Positions 21,988 to 32,312 of a stretch of DNA of 64,000 bases are shown piece after piece. Position 1 is the first letter of the stretch, and the number at the start of each line of letters is the position of its first letter. Origin of the DNA: an uncultured Nitrososphaerota archaeon (GTDB lineage: Archaea; Thermoproteota; Nitrososphaeria; Nitrososphaerales; CADDZS01); assembly GCA_963799845.1 (NCBI GenBank), contig CAWCYI010000006.1, positions 288,001 to 352,000 of the forward strand, given 5' to 3'. The position numbers and the translations under genes are program-made. The notes beneath the pieces were generated by a model. The model was not told the origin of the DNA. It worked only from the letters and a program-made list of their open reading frames with translations, and did no database searches.

Positions 21988-22560
21988 ATGAAGCGCCTCG
22001 TTGAGGTCTTTCTTACCGTCGCCGAAGTAGTGTATATCGACTATGATCTTCAATTTTCTTCTACCCTGCAAAATATTGGTGAAATTGATTATGGCAGAGC
22101 GTTTGGAAATAACCTACAGGTAATGCAACCCTCAGATGATGCTCTGGATTTTGTAAGTAGTATCGCATCAGTAAAAATGCGATTAGGAGGAATAATGATA
22201 CTCGATTCACTGAACTCACTTCAGAATGTCATAGCTGGAAATTTCTCAGAAGGTGAAACTAAAATTGCAAATCAGAGGTCTGCCCTCGTGATTACCATAC
22301 TACAACAGTTATCTCGATTTTATTCAAAATCTCTCATTGTAGTGAACGTTGCCAAGGCTCGACATAGAGTCGGAAAAGATCATTCTACATTTTGGGAGAA
22401 ATCTCTTGTCGGAGGTAGAATGATCAAATTCAAGAGCGATCTGATTCTCTTAGCAAAGGAGACTCAGAACAATCTTCCTAACATAGAAATTAGAGCGGAA
22501 GCATTGGGGCCTCAACTAGAACAGAAGAGTAGAGAAGAAGCGTATCTATTGAGTTTCTAG
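21988..22560 (+). CDS. Degenerate RecA/RadB-like fold hypothetical protein
   Basis: VVYID, MILDSLNSL Walker-B-like motif, GGRMIKFKSDLIL; no Walker A seen. Confidence 0.5.
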   Translation: MKRLVEVFLTVAEVVYIDYDLQFSSTLQNIGEIDYGRAFGNNLQVMQPSDDALDFVSSIASVKMRLGGIMILDSLNSLQNVIAGNFSEGETKIANQRSALVITILQQLSRFYSKSLIVVNVAKARHRVGKDHSTFWEKSLVGGRMIKFKSDLILLAKETQNNLPNIEIRAEALGPQLEQKSREEAYLLSF

Positions 22561-22586
22561 CCTGGATCTAATGAAACCAGATGGAG

Positions 22587-23009
22587 CTACTTTACCGAGA
22601 GAATGTAGTAGCCTACGGTCATTGAGACAGCAATCAGTACGATTCCACCCACAAAGAACATTTCGGCCGAACGCGCCCTTATTGTCTGTCGACCACTAAG
22701 ATACAAGGCGTAAGCTCCTAGAGACCCAACAATATAGCTGAACATTATGATTATGGTTTCGGTGACATTTTGTGCGTTGGGATTCGCGACTATCGGATTC
22801 AGATTTATTCCCGCTTGACCTGCGTTGCCGATGGCGTTAATGACCCCGGCGACCAGCAGATACAGGGCAAGTAAATACAACCACTCTATTCCTCGGGTTC
22901 TCAAAGAGGTTGTAGAGCCGGGGTTGGAAAGCCTTCGGCCAATACTAGTTTGTGTCACTCGCGAAGTTAACTTTGATGTAGCGGTCTGTACTCTTTTCTT
23001 AATCCCCAT
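22587..23009 (-). CDS. Small 3-TM membrane protein resembling OST3/OST6/OSTC(DC2) oligosaccharyltransferase subunits
   Basis: TM1 ending AGVI, loop with Q-x2-E (NAQNVTET), TM2 ending GSLG, TM3 ending in K. Confidence 0.55.
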   Translation of the reverse strand: MGIKKRVQTATSKLTSRVTQTSIGRRLSNPGSTTSLRTRGIEWLYLLALYLLVAGVINAIGNAGQAGINLNPIVANPNAQNVTETIIIMFSYIVGSLGAYALYLSGRQTIRARSAEMFFVGGIVLIAVSMTVGYYILSVK

Positions 23010-23043
23010 GATATTCGAACCTGTTTTTGCGAGCAGATGTAGT

Positions 23044-23319
23044 CTAACGGATTCGCCTTAATCGCAATTCTTCTCTTGCGACTTCCTTAGCAAAGTCTCC
23101 GGTTTCATTAAGCCGAATTATTGTCTCTAAATACCTTTCCCAGCTCATGTTTTCGAAGGCAGATCTCCAATCAGGATAGCTAGCCTCGATCTCAGAGAAT
23201 GCTCTATAGTGGTAACTGCAATATGTCTTGTCTAAGATTTTAGTTCTCTTGCACAAACTACAGTTCCCGTTCAATCGAAATCTCACCTCGATCTCGATCG
23301 GCAGAAAAAGTTGGAGCAC
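23044..23319 (-). CDS. Small putative Zn-binding hypothetical protein downstream of topA
   Basis: CSLC...YCSYH, W..A...MSWERYL; real start probably near 23273. Confidence 0.6.
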   Translation of the reverse strand: MLQLFLPIEIEVRFRLNGNCSLCKRTKILDKTYCSYHYRAFSEIEASYPDWRSAFENMSWERYLETIIRLNETGDFAKEVAREELRLRRIR

Positions 23320-25386
23320 AAGATGATCGCTCGAGTATTATTTTCAGACGCCGAAATCATTGGCCATAAGCAGACTGAACAAGCGTCACCTGTGGGGGTT
23401 ATTTTCCCTCTCGGAAAAGCAGGTGATGAAGCATTACAACCACTCGCGAAGTTCGTGCATTTGATAAATCTCTTGCCTGTCTTTGACGAGGTGTTTAGAA
23501 TAAGCCTTCCTAATTTGCATTGAGGGCAAATGCTCAATTGTATTCTTTCCTCACCCGGAGACCTACCGTTTGATTTGAGATTTTTCAACCGAATCTCGGA
23601 CTTCTGTAGACTACCTAACGCGTTCCTAAGAGAGACAAGCATATCTTCGACGAAACTTAATTCATCCCCCTTTGACGAACGTATGAGATCTAGTTTTTTC
23701 TCCAATTCTCTAGTCATCTGAACCGAGATTATTTCAGGGCATTTGTCTCTCAAGACCTCGATTAAATTGATTGCAGTCTCGGTGGGAACTAATTCCCTTT
23801 TGGATTTTGTCAAGTATTTCCTGTCGATTAGGACTGCAATCGTCTCTGCCCTTGTCGCCTTTGTCCCGATCTCTTCTTCCTCCATCTTCGACAATAAAGA
23901 GCCCTCAGTGAATCTGTCCGGATTTTGATCATAATGTTCGTTCAACAAGGCAGATTCTGCCTTGACTTTTTCGCCTTCGGAGAGGGAAATATCCAAAGAC
24001 GCAGTTGAGTTCAATCCGAAGGGATAGTATTCGGTCCATCCTGGCTCCAGTAAACGAGCGCCTATCGTCTCGAAATCAAATGAAGAGATGTCGAAGATCA
24101 GTCTCAATCTTTCCTGAGTCGCATTAGGAGAAAATGCATTACAGAATCTTCTGACAATAAGATCGAATACTTTTGACTTATTACCCGTGAGCACCTGTTT
24201 CGGACTCTCTCCGGTTGGAAATATGGCGGGGTGAGCCGGATCGTCGTCAGGTCCCTCCCATGGAGAAGGTCGCATCTTAGGATCTGATTGCAGTTTCGAT
24301 ATCAACGGTGCATAATTTTTCAGCAATGACAACTTTTGAAAGATTCTTGAGAATCCGATTCTTTCTGGTAACTTTTGGCTGTCTGTGCGAGGATAAGAAG
24401 TCAAGGCGTCCTGGTACAATTTTTGAGCGATCGAAAGTGTGAGTTTCGGCGAGAGACCAAATAATCTAAACGATTCCCTCTGCAACTCTCCCAGGTCGAA
24501 CGGGTACCTAGGAGGAATCGACGCCAGTTTTTTCTCAATTTTCTTTACATTCGCAAACCCCGTGGAGGCTACCGCATCATAGACTTCCTTCGCCTTCTTG
24601 AAGCCACGGATTGGAGAATCTAGAAATCTTGAACTAAATTTGATTCCCGCTTTACTAAGCACGCAAGTAACTGACCAAGAAGGTCGAGGAACGTGTGTTA
24701 ATTTCTCAATTTCTCGTTCTACTACGAACGAAAGAGTAGGACCCTGCACCCGTCCTATTGTTAGATTTCTGAGTGAGCTCGAACCTGAGCGCTCAGAGGC
24801 GACAGTCACGGCTCTGGAGAGATTTACTCCCCACAAAAAGTCTGCAAGATGCCTCATTCGCCCCGCCTTAGCAAGATTTGGTTCGGTTGGAAGTAAAGTT
24901 GAAAAAGAATTGCGGATTTCATCCGAGGTTAAAGTCGAGAATTTTGCTCGCCAGAGTGTATTTTCGTGCCCGTGACAGGCATATTCTAGTATGTTGAAAC
25001 CGATTGTTTCGCCTTCTAGATCAAAGTCGCAAGCGTTCACGATCTTCGATGCGCCAGCGGCGCCGCTAGAAATGGCTCTAATCCTTCTTTCAATCAAAAA
25101 TCTAATTCTTGAATACTTTCTGAAAGAGTCTTTGCCTAAGGTATTTCGCGGAAACCAATCAATGTCAAGTGAAGGAAAAATCTCGCGTTTTCCCTGGGAG
25201 TCTATTCAGCTCGTAGAGATGGCCAAAAGCTGAGCAAATAACGTAATGTCTGCCATCGAAGGCTTTGGGGATGTCGATAATCTCATCACTACTGTCGAAC
25301 GTTCCGTCCACGTCTGAGATGGCATGGGCTATTTTTCTCGCTGCATCGGGTTTCTCAGCGATCACGAAAATCCTTTCATCCTTCAT
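23283..25386 (-). CDS. topA: Type IA DNA topoisomerase (frameshift near 25200)
   Basis: IAEKPDAA, GHLY, ACDFDLEGE, GRVQGP, catalytic SYPRTDS, GTKATRA, C-terminal Zn ribbons. Confidence 0.93.
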
Positions 25387-25692
25387 TTGTTGATTGAGAT
25401 CTCCAAGATTCTGTCACTAAGATTTCAAGGAAATTTTCAATGTAAAAGATTATGACCCCGAGCTGAACGATCCGAAAACGTCTACCTTAAATCGACGAGA
25501 AATGTCCAGCGGGCGGAGTTTCAATTCAAATGCCACTCGAAATTGTTTGCGGTGGATGCGGCGAAGTTCTATACTCGGGTTTCGATCTGAGGTCTCCAAA
25601 AGATGTCATAAGGACAAACGAAAACAGGTGCCGTGGTTGTGGAAAAAATCTATCTCCGTCGGATTTTACAATCGAAGTTGCGAAAGTGTGAA

Positions 25693-26550
25693 CTAGACTG
25701 AAGGATTATTGGAATTTTTCAGACTTCGAAGAATTAGGCATTGATCTGGCGATATCGTCGTCTTCTCTTCGAATTCATTTCTCGGCTTCTCAAAAGCTTC
25801 CCGGAATCCTCGAATGAGCACAACTGGGCTCGCCTCATTCGCTTCACCCATCACCAGCTGAGCCGCTGTAGCCAATTGGTCAGCCGTGGCTCTAAGGGTG
25901 ACCTTCAGACTATTACCGCAGAGGTCAGATTTGCCTCTCATATCGATCGTGGGTCTTATACCGGAGTATGAGACCGCGACCCCCACGGTTCCCAGCCGGG
26001 TGGGAGTTACCCTGCTATCAGATAATACAATTCCCAAGTTTTTAACCGAAGATCGCCCACCGCGGAGATATGCCAGTTTAATCAAATTGTTTCGAAGAGA
26101 TCTTGCCGTCTCGTAAGGATTCTTTGGGTACGAAACGACGCATCCATCGGGAACATTGCTCTTGTCTATTCCAGCATTCGGCGCTAGTGTATCATTGACC
26201 AAAGTTAGCACGAATCCCGGGATGCCGCCGAAAATCACATCAGATTCATCGATTACCAATTGGGCTAGCGAAGGCTCCAAGCTGTATTTTTCTGCCAGTG
26301 CCCTTGCTTCTTCACTCGTAACAATCTTCGAAAGTTCGATCATCCGACCCTCTGATATCGCTGCGTATTTGCTTGATACGACGTATATGTCGCCGTCCTC
26401 TAACGCGAGATTATTCATGTCGAGGGAGTTCCATATTTCTTGACCAAGATCAAATGTCCCGAAGCGAACCTTTGCGCTCAACGGGATGATGTTAAGCGTC
26501 GGATTTTTGAACAACGAGAAAAGAAGCCGGGTTTTTGACCTATTCAACAT
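25693..26550 (-). CDS. cofE: Coenzyme F420:L-glutamate ligase
   Basis: VSSK..AISEGR, NAGIDKSN, ADQLA.AA.LVMGEA. Confidence 0.92.
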   Translation of the reverse strand: MLNRSKTRLLFSLFKNPTLNIIPLSAKVRFGTFDLGQEIWNSLDMNNLALEDGDIYVVSSKYAAISEGRMIELSKIVTSEEARALAEKYSLEPSLAQLVIDESDVIFGGIPGFVLTLVNDTLAPNAGIDKSNVPDGCVVSYPKNPYETARSLRNNLIKLAYLRGGRSSVKNLGIVLSDSRVTPTRLGTVGVAVSYSGIRPTIDMRGKSDLCGNSLKVTLRATADQLATAAQLVMGEANEASPVVLIRGFREAFEKPRNEFEEKTTISPDQCLILRSLKNSNNPSV

Positions 26551-26610
26551 GTCGTATCATCTGATTGATAAAACGAATTAAGTAGGCACGAGAATTGTAT
26601 TTTCAGTAAC

Positions 26611-27750
26611 TTGTCAAAAAGATCCCATCTGTACCAGTATCACAGAGATAACGGCAAAATGACTGAATTTTCGGGTTTCGAAATGCCCGTTTGGTACAAA
26701 GGCATCGTCGAAGAACACCTAGCGGTCCGAAACGCTGCCGGACTGTTTGACGTTTCTCACATGGGTCGAGTTTGGATAACGGGGCCGGATGCGACTAAAT
26801 ACTTGAGCCATTTGCTTCCGACTAATCCCAGTCTGGTAAGGGACGGTCGCGCGTTCTATTCAATGATTTGCAATCGAAATGGAGGAATAATCGACGACCT
26901 AATTACAAACAAATTCTCAGAAGAGCGATATCTGATGGTGGTCAATGCAGGAAACCGAGACAAGGATTTTTTGTGGCTTCGAAATAACAGTTCTGAATTT
27001 CAAGTATTTCTTGAGGATTTCTCAAATCAATCAGCGCTCATGACGATTCAAGGGCCTCTTGCGAGTGAGATTCTCCAAAAGATGGTTGACACTGATCTTT
27101 CTACTGTTAGGCGTTTCGCCCTCAGAGAATGTCTGGTGTCAAATGAGAAATGCCTCGTCTCAAGAACCGGGTACACTGGCGAAGATGGATTCGAAATTAC
27201 AGTGTTCGACACACCACTCGAGAACCCCGAACGAGCTTTGAAGATTTGGAAAGAGATTCTACAAATTGGCAATAATTCGGGAGTTCTACCATGTGGGCTG
27301 GGAGCGAGGGATTCACTTAGATTGGAAGCTGGAATGTGTCTTTACGGTCAGGATATCGATGAGACGACCACTCCCGTCGAAGCAGCGCTTGATAGTATTG
27401 TCAATCAGGATGAAAGAAACTTCATAGGAAAAGAGAAAATCATTCAGCAACTCAAACAAGGTACCGAAAGAAAGAGAGTTGCGTTCTCTATGATCGAATC
27501 GGGAATTCCGAGGCATGGATTTGACCTAGCCTTCTCGGGACAAAAAGTTGGAAATGTCACTTCAGGGACGTTCTCTCCGATCTTGAAAAAAGGAATTGGA
27601 ATGGGCTACGTTAGAACACCTCTTGCTAACTACGGGCAACGGATCGCTGTCCAAGTAAGGGAATCAGCGAAGATGTCTGAAGTCGTACCTACTCCATTTT
27701 ACGACGCTACGCGATTCGGCTACAAGAGAAAAATCAGGGCGAGTATCTAG
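26611..27750 (+). CDS. gcvT: Glycine cleavage system aminomethyltransferase T
   Basis: FDVSHMG, RTGYTGEDGFE, GLGARDSLRLEAG. Confidence 0.97.
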   Translation: MSKRSHLYQYHRDNGKMTEFSGFEMPVWYKGIVEEHLAVRNAAGLFDVSHMGRVWITGPDATKYLSHLLPTNPSLVRDGRAFYSMICNRNGGIIDDLITNKFSEERYLMVVNAGNRDKDFLWLRNNSSEFQVFLEDFSNQSALMTIQGPLASEILQKMVDTDLSTVRRFALRECLVSNEKCLVSRTGYTGEDGFEITVFDTPLENPERALKIWKEILQIGNNSGVLPCGLGARDSLRLEAGMCLYGQDIDETTTPVEAALDSIVNQDERNFIGKEKIIQQLKQGTERKRVAFSMIESGIPRHGFDLAFSGQKVGNVTSGTFSPILKKGIGMGYVRTPLANYGQRIAVQVRESAKMSEVVPTPFYDATRFGYKRKIRASI

Positions 27751-27802
27751 AATCATTTTTATCTGATCAGATTTTCTCATTACTTCTGATCAGCGAATTC
27801 AG

Positions 27803-28213
27803 ATGGCAGAATCGTACAATGTACCAGCCGACTATTTCTATACGAGAGATCATGAATGGATAAAGCCGAACAGTGACTCGTATCTAATTGGAATCACCGA
27901 TTACGCAGCAAAGATGTTGAACGATATCGTTTACGTGAACCTTCCGAAAGAGGGAGTCTCTTTTAAACAAAAAGATGTTTTTGGTCAAGTCGAATCCGTA
28001 AAAACTGTTTCTGACTTGTATATGCCAGTATCAGGGGAAATTATCAAAACAAATAACCAGTTGACGCAGACTCCAGAGCTTGTCGCAAACTCCCCGTATG
28101 TTGATGGATGGATGTTGGTAATTAGCTCGGAGAAATTTTCCGAAGAATCTCGGGATCTTCTGGATGCAAAAGCGTACAATGATTTCATTTCGAGTCTCAA
28201 AGATGCTCAATGA
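27803..28213 (+). CDS. gcvH: Glycine cleavage system H protein
   Basis: HEW, GITDYA, VESVK lipoyl lysine, SPY.DGW. Confidence 0.97.
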   Translation: MAESYNVPADYFYTRDHEWIKPNSDSYLIGITDYAAKMLNDIVYVNLPKEGVSFKQKDVFGQVESVKTVSDLYMPVSGEIIKTNNQLTQTPELVANSPYVDGWMLVISSEKFSEESRDLLDAKAYNDFISSLKDAQ

Positions 28214-28251
28214 GATTTTGAGGAAACCTTATACAGCCTTTTTGGACGCAA

Positions 28252-30642
28252 GTGTTTTTGCAAATGAGCTTCCGGGATCAGCTCGCCAAAATTAGAGGCA
28301 TATTTTACCGCCCCTCAATGACGCGGCGCAGTGCTACTATCTTTCTCGCGATGTCGCTTATTTTCATAATCGCACTAATCATGAGGCTTTATCCAGCACA
28401 ATATGGTTGGTTTTTGAATGAGTTTGACCCTTACTTTGACTATTATGCTTCTTATCACGTCGTCGTTCTAGCGCAACAGCACGGCTTGATATACGCCCTA
28501 TTCAACAATCCGGCGAATTGCCCCCCTGGTCTTGTCAGTGGTGCAGCAGCCGCCTGCCACTCTCAACAGGGATATTACTTTTGGCACGACATTCAGACTT
28601 GGTATCCGTATGGGAGAAATGTCGCTGCGACAAGCCAGGTAGGACTACAGCTCACAGGTGCGATGTCCTATCTTTTCGTCAACTCGGTTCTTGGAATTTC
28701 CGTTAGTTATTACGATTTCCTCGTCTTCTTCCCAGTCATCGTGGGTTCGCTCACAATCATTCCTCTATACTTCTTGGCGAAGAAAATTACGAACAGTGCG
28801 GGAGGAATTTTTGCAGCGCTGATTTTTGCGGTTTCACCCCCGATACTTGAACGAGGTAACTTAGGATGGTTCAAGTCTGAACCACTGTCGCTTTTTGCTT
28901 CAGTGATAGGAGCTTACTTCTTTCTTTCAATGTATAATTCCAAGAATTCGCTCAGGGGAGTACTCTTGAGAGGGCTGCTTGCGGGAATGTTCTTCGGATA
29001 TTCAATGATCGATTGGGGAGGTGGAGATGAGTTCGTTCTGATTTTCGGTCTGATATTCTTGATTGCTCCATTTGTGAAAAGCATAGACCTACAGAAGACA
29101 GTCCAAGGCGGATCCCTCCTAGTCGCTGCTTTACTTCTCATATCGGCAACTACTCCAAGGCCCGGCCCAGGAATTATTACAGATCTCATTGGACTCCCGC
29201 TTATCGGCAGCTGGGTTTTTGCGTTTGTCGCGTACTTTGTTAAACGATACGGCGATCCCGCTTCGTACAACCGCAATCTGATCAAGATTCTTCTGATCTT
29301 CGTATTTGGTGGACTCCTTGCTATTTCGTTCGGCGCCATCGGGGGGATATCTGGAAGATATCTCACTGTAATTTATTCCCAGTTCAGAACTAGCGATCCT
29401 CTGGTCCAGTCGGTTGCGGAACAGGCAGTGCCAACGGGCAGCCAGTTCTTTTCCGATTACGCAGCCGTTATACTTCTTTCAGGGTTTGGGGCGTATATTG
29501 CATTTAGAAGAAGGTCAATCGAAGGAATCTTCGCGCTAGTTCTTGCGATCACAGGGGTATACATCGCTTCTTCATTTTCAAGGCTGATGGTGTACTCGAC
29601 GCTGGCGCTTGGGATACTCGGTGCGATTGGCTTGATTGAACTTTCAGAATCAATCCTCAGGCCCAATGTTTCAAGCGTAAGTCGAAAGAAAAGCAAGATC
29701 TATGAATCAAGAAGCGAGGTCAAGGTCATATTCTCAGTATTGATGGTTGCTTTGATTGCTATTCCGATTTTCATCCCCGCAAACGCAACCAATGGATATT
29801 CATTATCCCACTCTGGATGGATTGCTGCTGCCAACGTTCCTGTAAGTGTAGCAAACGGCGGAACTGCATTCAGTACTTCCAGCACGGATTGGCTCCAAGC
29901 CTTTAGCTGGATGCGAACGCTTGGGTCGAGCACAACGATTGCATCCTGGTGGGATTACGGATATTGGACTGCGGTAATGGGAAATATTACCTCCCTGGCC
30001 GATAACGCAACAATAAACGAGACTCAGATTTCATTGATAGGACAGGCTCTAGTTGCCCCACCACAGCAGTCTTTGCAGGTATTGAAGGAACTTCATTCGC
30101 CTCAGTATATTCTAATATTCATCGCGGGCTATAGATTCACCCCCAGTACGTCCTCGGGACAAGCTAGCCAGCTTTATTACATGCTGACGGTTCCAACTCC
30201 TTATCCGCAACCTGCAGGTGGTGATGAATCTAAGAAACAGTGGTTTATTAGAATCGGGAATGAGACATGCGGATGTCTTGAAGAAACTCTTGGCTCACAT
30301 GCCCTGATGGAAAACGACGACTTTACTCCTACTCCATATTTCTGGGCAAATTCTACGCTTGGGAAACTTATTCCGTTCCAGTCACAACAATTGTACTACA
30401 ATCCAGTTTCTTCCCAAACCGCGCAAGGTTACAACCAGACTATTTCTACCACAACTGGCGCATCTGGGATATCTAACGGGTATACGGAGATCTACACTTA
30501 CGGAGTGAACTATCCGACAGGCGATACCTCTGCTCCCTTCCAGCTGGCGTTCGAATCTTCCAGCCTTCCGGGGACTGCCGCCGGTCTCTACACGGCAGTA
30601 CTTGTTTACAAGATCAATTACAACTATACCTTCCCTGCCTAA
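28252..30642 (+). CDS. aglB: Oligosaccharyltransferase AglB (STT3 family)
   Basis: EFDPYF, SVAE, WWDYG, DNAT, GGDESK; multiple TM helices. Confidence 0.95.
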   Translation: MFLQMSFRDQLAKIRGIFYRPSMTRRSATIFLAMSLIFIIALIMRLYPAQYGWFLNEFDPYFDYYASYHVVVLAQQHGLIYALFNNPANCPPGLVSGAAAACHSQQGYYFWHDIQTWYPYGRNVAATSQVGLQLTGAMSYLFVNSVLGISVSYYDFLVFFPVIVGSLTIIPLYFLAKKITNSAGGIFAALIFAVSPPILERGNLGWFKSEPLSLFASVIGAYFFLSMYNSKNSLRGVLLRGLLAGMFFGYSMIDWGGGDEFVLIFGLIFLIAPFVKSIDLQKTVQGGSLLVAALLLISATTPRPGPGIITDLIGLPLIGSWVFAFVAYFVKRYGDPASYNRNLIKILLIFVFGGLLAISFGAIGGISGRYLTVIYSQFRTSDPLVQSVAEQAVPTGSQFFSDYAAVILLSGFGAYIAFRRRSIEGIFALVLAITGVYIASSFSRLMVYSTLALGILGAIGLIELSESILRPNVSSVSRKKSKIYESRSEVKVIFSVLMVALIAIPIFIPANATNGYSLSHSGWIAAANVPVSVANGGTAFSTSSTDWLQAFSWMRTLGSSTTIASWWDYGYWTAVMGNITSLADNATINETQISLIGQALVAPPQQSLQVLKELHSPQYILIFIAGYRFTPSTSSGQASQLYYMLTVPTPYPQPAGGDESKKQWFIRIGNETCGCLEETLGSHALMENDDFTPTPYFWANSTLGKLIPFQSQQLYYNPVSSQTAQGYNQTISTTTGASGISNGYTEIYTYGVNYPTGDTSAPFQLAFESSSLPGTAAGLYTAVLVYKINYNYTFPA

Positions 30643-30686
30643 AAGGGGCTTTTGTCCGTCCTCGCCTGAAATACGTGTGCTGATTC

Positions 30687-31583
30687 GTGAACCCGCCCAA
30701 GGGTCAGTTGGAACAAGTCGCCAGCAACATTTATGCCGTAATATGCGACGCTGATGATTCGGTGTACGGCGGTTATGGAGCAAACCAAGGATTCGTGGTT
30801 CTCGAGGATTCGGTATTAGTGTTTGACTCGGGATTTTCTCTGCCCCAGGCGCGTCATCTTCAGACTTCAATTAGAAGTGTAACGGACAAGAAAATTCGCT
30901 TTTTGATAAACAGCCACGATCATTCAGACCACGTTTTCGGGAACTCATTTTTTACGAAAAAATATTCATCTCATGGCCTTTCGATAATTTCTCATACGGT
31001 TTGTAGTGAAAATATTGTCTGGCAGGGTCCGAAAAGACTGAAAAATTATATGAAGATTCCGGGACTGAAAAAGTGGCTTCGGACCCTTGATATAGAACCT
31101 CCAAATGTTACCTATTCAGATTTGGGTTTTAGAATAGATTTAGAAGGTACCGAAATAATCCTTGCCCATCCGCCGACAGGCGCTCATACACTTGGAGATA
31201 CAGCCATGTATTTGCCTCAAGAAGGCGTTGTTTATTCAGGAGACATCGTATGGAATAGATTCTTGCCTAACCTAGAAGATGCCAACCTGGAAGGATGGAT
31301 CAGTTTCCTAGGGGATATCGATCTAGGCACTTACAAGAAATGCATTCCTGGCCACGGAGATGTTTGTGGACCGAATGAAGTCGTCAACTTCCAAGAATAC
31401 CTCAAGTCTGTGAGAAAAAATCTTCTCGAATCCGAATCGGGGCGGCATACAAATAATCGCAACTTTCTGAGATCTTGCTTTGAAGTTCCAGGCACAGAGG
31501 ATTGGAAAATGAGATCTATCGTCGAATACAACATTAATGCTCTTTTTGGAAAGGATTCATCGGTTCATAAACATGGAAAGTGA
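30687..31583 (+). CDS. Metallo-beta-lactamase-fold hydrolase (cyclase-like)
   Basis: HDHSDH, AHT.GD, SGD, PGHG. Confidence 0.88.
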   Translation: MNPPKGQLEQVASNIYAVICDADDSVYGGYGANQGFVVLEDSVLVFDSGFSLPQARHLQTSIRSVTDKKIRFLINSHDHSDHVFGNSFFTKKYSSHGLSIISHTVCSENIVWQGPKRLKNYMKIPGLKKWLRTLDIEPPNVTYSDLGFRIDLEGTEIILAHPPTGAHTLGDTAMYLPQEGVVYSGDIVWNRFLPNLEDANLEGWISFLGDIDLGTYKKCIPGHGDVCGPNEVVNFQEYLKSVRKNLLESESGRHTNNRNFLRSCFEVPGTEDWKMRSIVEYNINALFGKDSSVHKHGK

Positions 31584-31977
31584 TCACTACCCTCTTACCG
31601 CTTCTACCGATTTTGCTCTAACGGCGAGTTCAGCGGAGACCGCCCTAAGAAAAGAAGGCTTTGAGTTCATCCAAAATAGAACCAAAGATCTGGTAGAATT
31701 TGAAATTGAAAAGCCAGCTTACTTCAGGATCGTAATTCAGAGGAGGACAGATCCGGAGGTGGGAAATTTTCTCTTACCTTCGATAAAGGCCGCACGTGGC
31801 TGCCATATTGACGTATGGCTTTCAAGAGACCTAGTCATAGGAAAGAATGATAGCGATTCGTCTGTCAAAGTATTCCTCAGATCGCTCGTCCAGTCATTGC
31901 CTAGCCCTCCCTGGGAAGGATTGAAGTTTCGAGAATCCGGCAAGGTGAAGAAGAAATGGAAGGAGCTTCTCGACTGA
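31573..31977 (+). CDS. Hypothetical protein
   Basis: ORF overlapping the preceding stop, operon-like; no family recognised. Confidence 0.55.
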   Translation: MESDHYPLTASTDFALTASSAETALRKEGFEFIQNRTKDLVEFEIEKPAYFRIVIQRRTDPEVGNFLLPSIKAARGCHIDVWLSRDLVIGKNDSDSSVKVFLRSLVQSLPSPPWEGLKFRESGKVKKKWKELLD

Positions 31978-32049
31978 AACACGTTTCTTCGAAACTCCCC
32001 TGGAAAACAGATATTAGTATCTAGAGAGATAGAATTCGAGCGAGTCCCA

Positions 32050-32304
32050 ATGGTCAAAAGGCGAAAGCGGGATGCCTACGGAAACTGGGTATGGGAAGAC
32101 GATGAAGATATTCAGACGAATAAAGTAAAAGCAAACCGCGAAAAGATGAATTCAGCTCGTGATAGTCAAGAAGAGGGTTTGAGCCTTGATTGGAGAGATT
32201 TTGTGGCTCTCTCTATCGCCTCTTTGGAAACGTTTTTGCTTCCAGTTGTCGTGTTTATTCTCGTTTTGCTCGGGATAGTTGTGGGTCTATCCTTTTTCAA
32301 ATAA
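32050..32304 (+). CDS. Small membrane protein
   Basis: LDWRDFVAL followed by a hydrophobic C-terminal helix. Confidence 0.6.
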   Translation: MVKRRKRDAYGNWVWEDDEDIQTNKVKANREKMNSARDSQEEGLSLDWRDFVALSIASLETFLLPVVVFILVLLGIVVGLSFFK

Positions 32305-32312
32305 CCTGCAAG

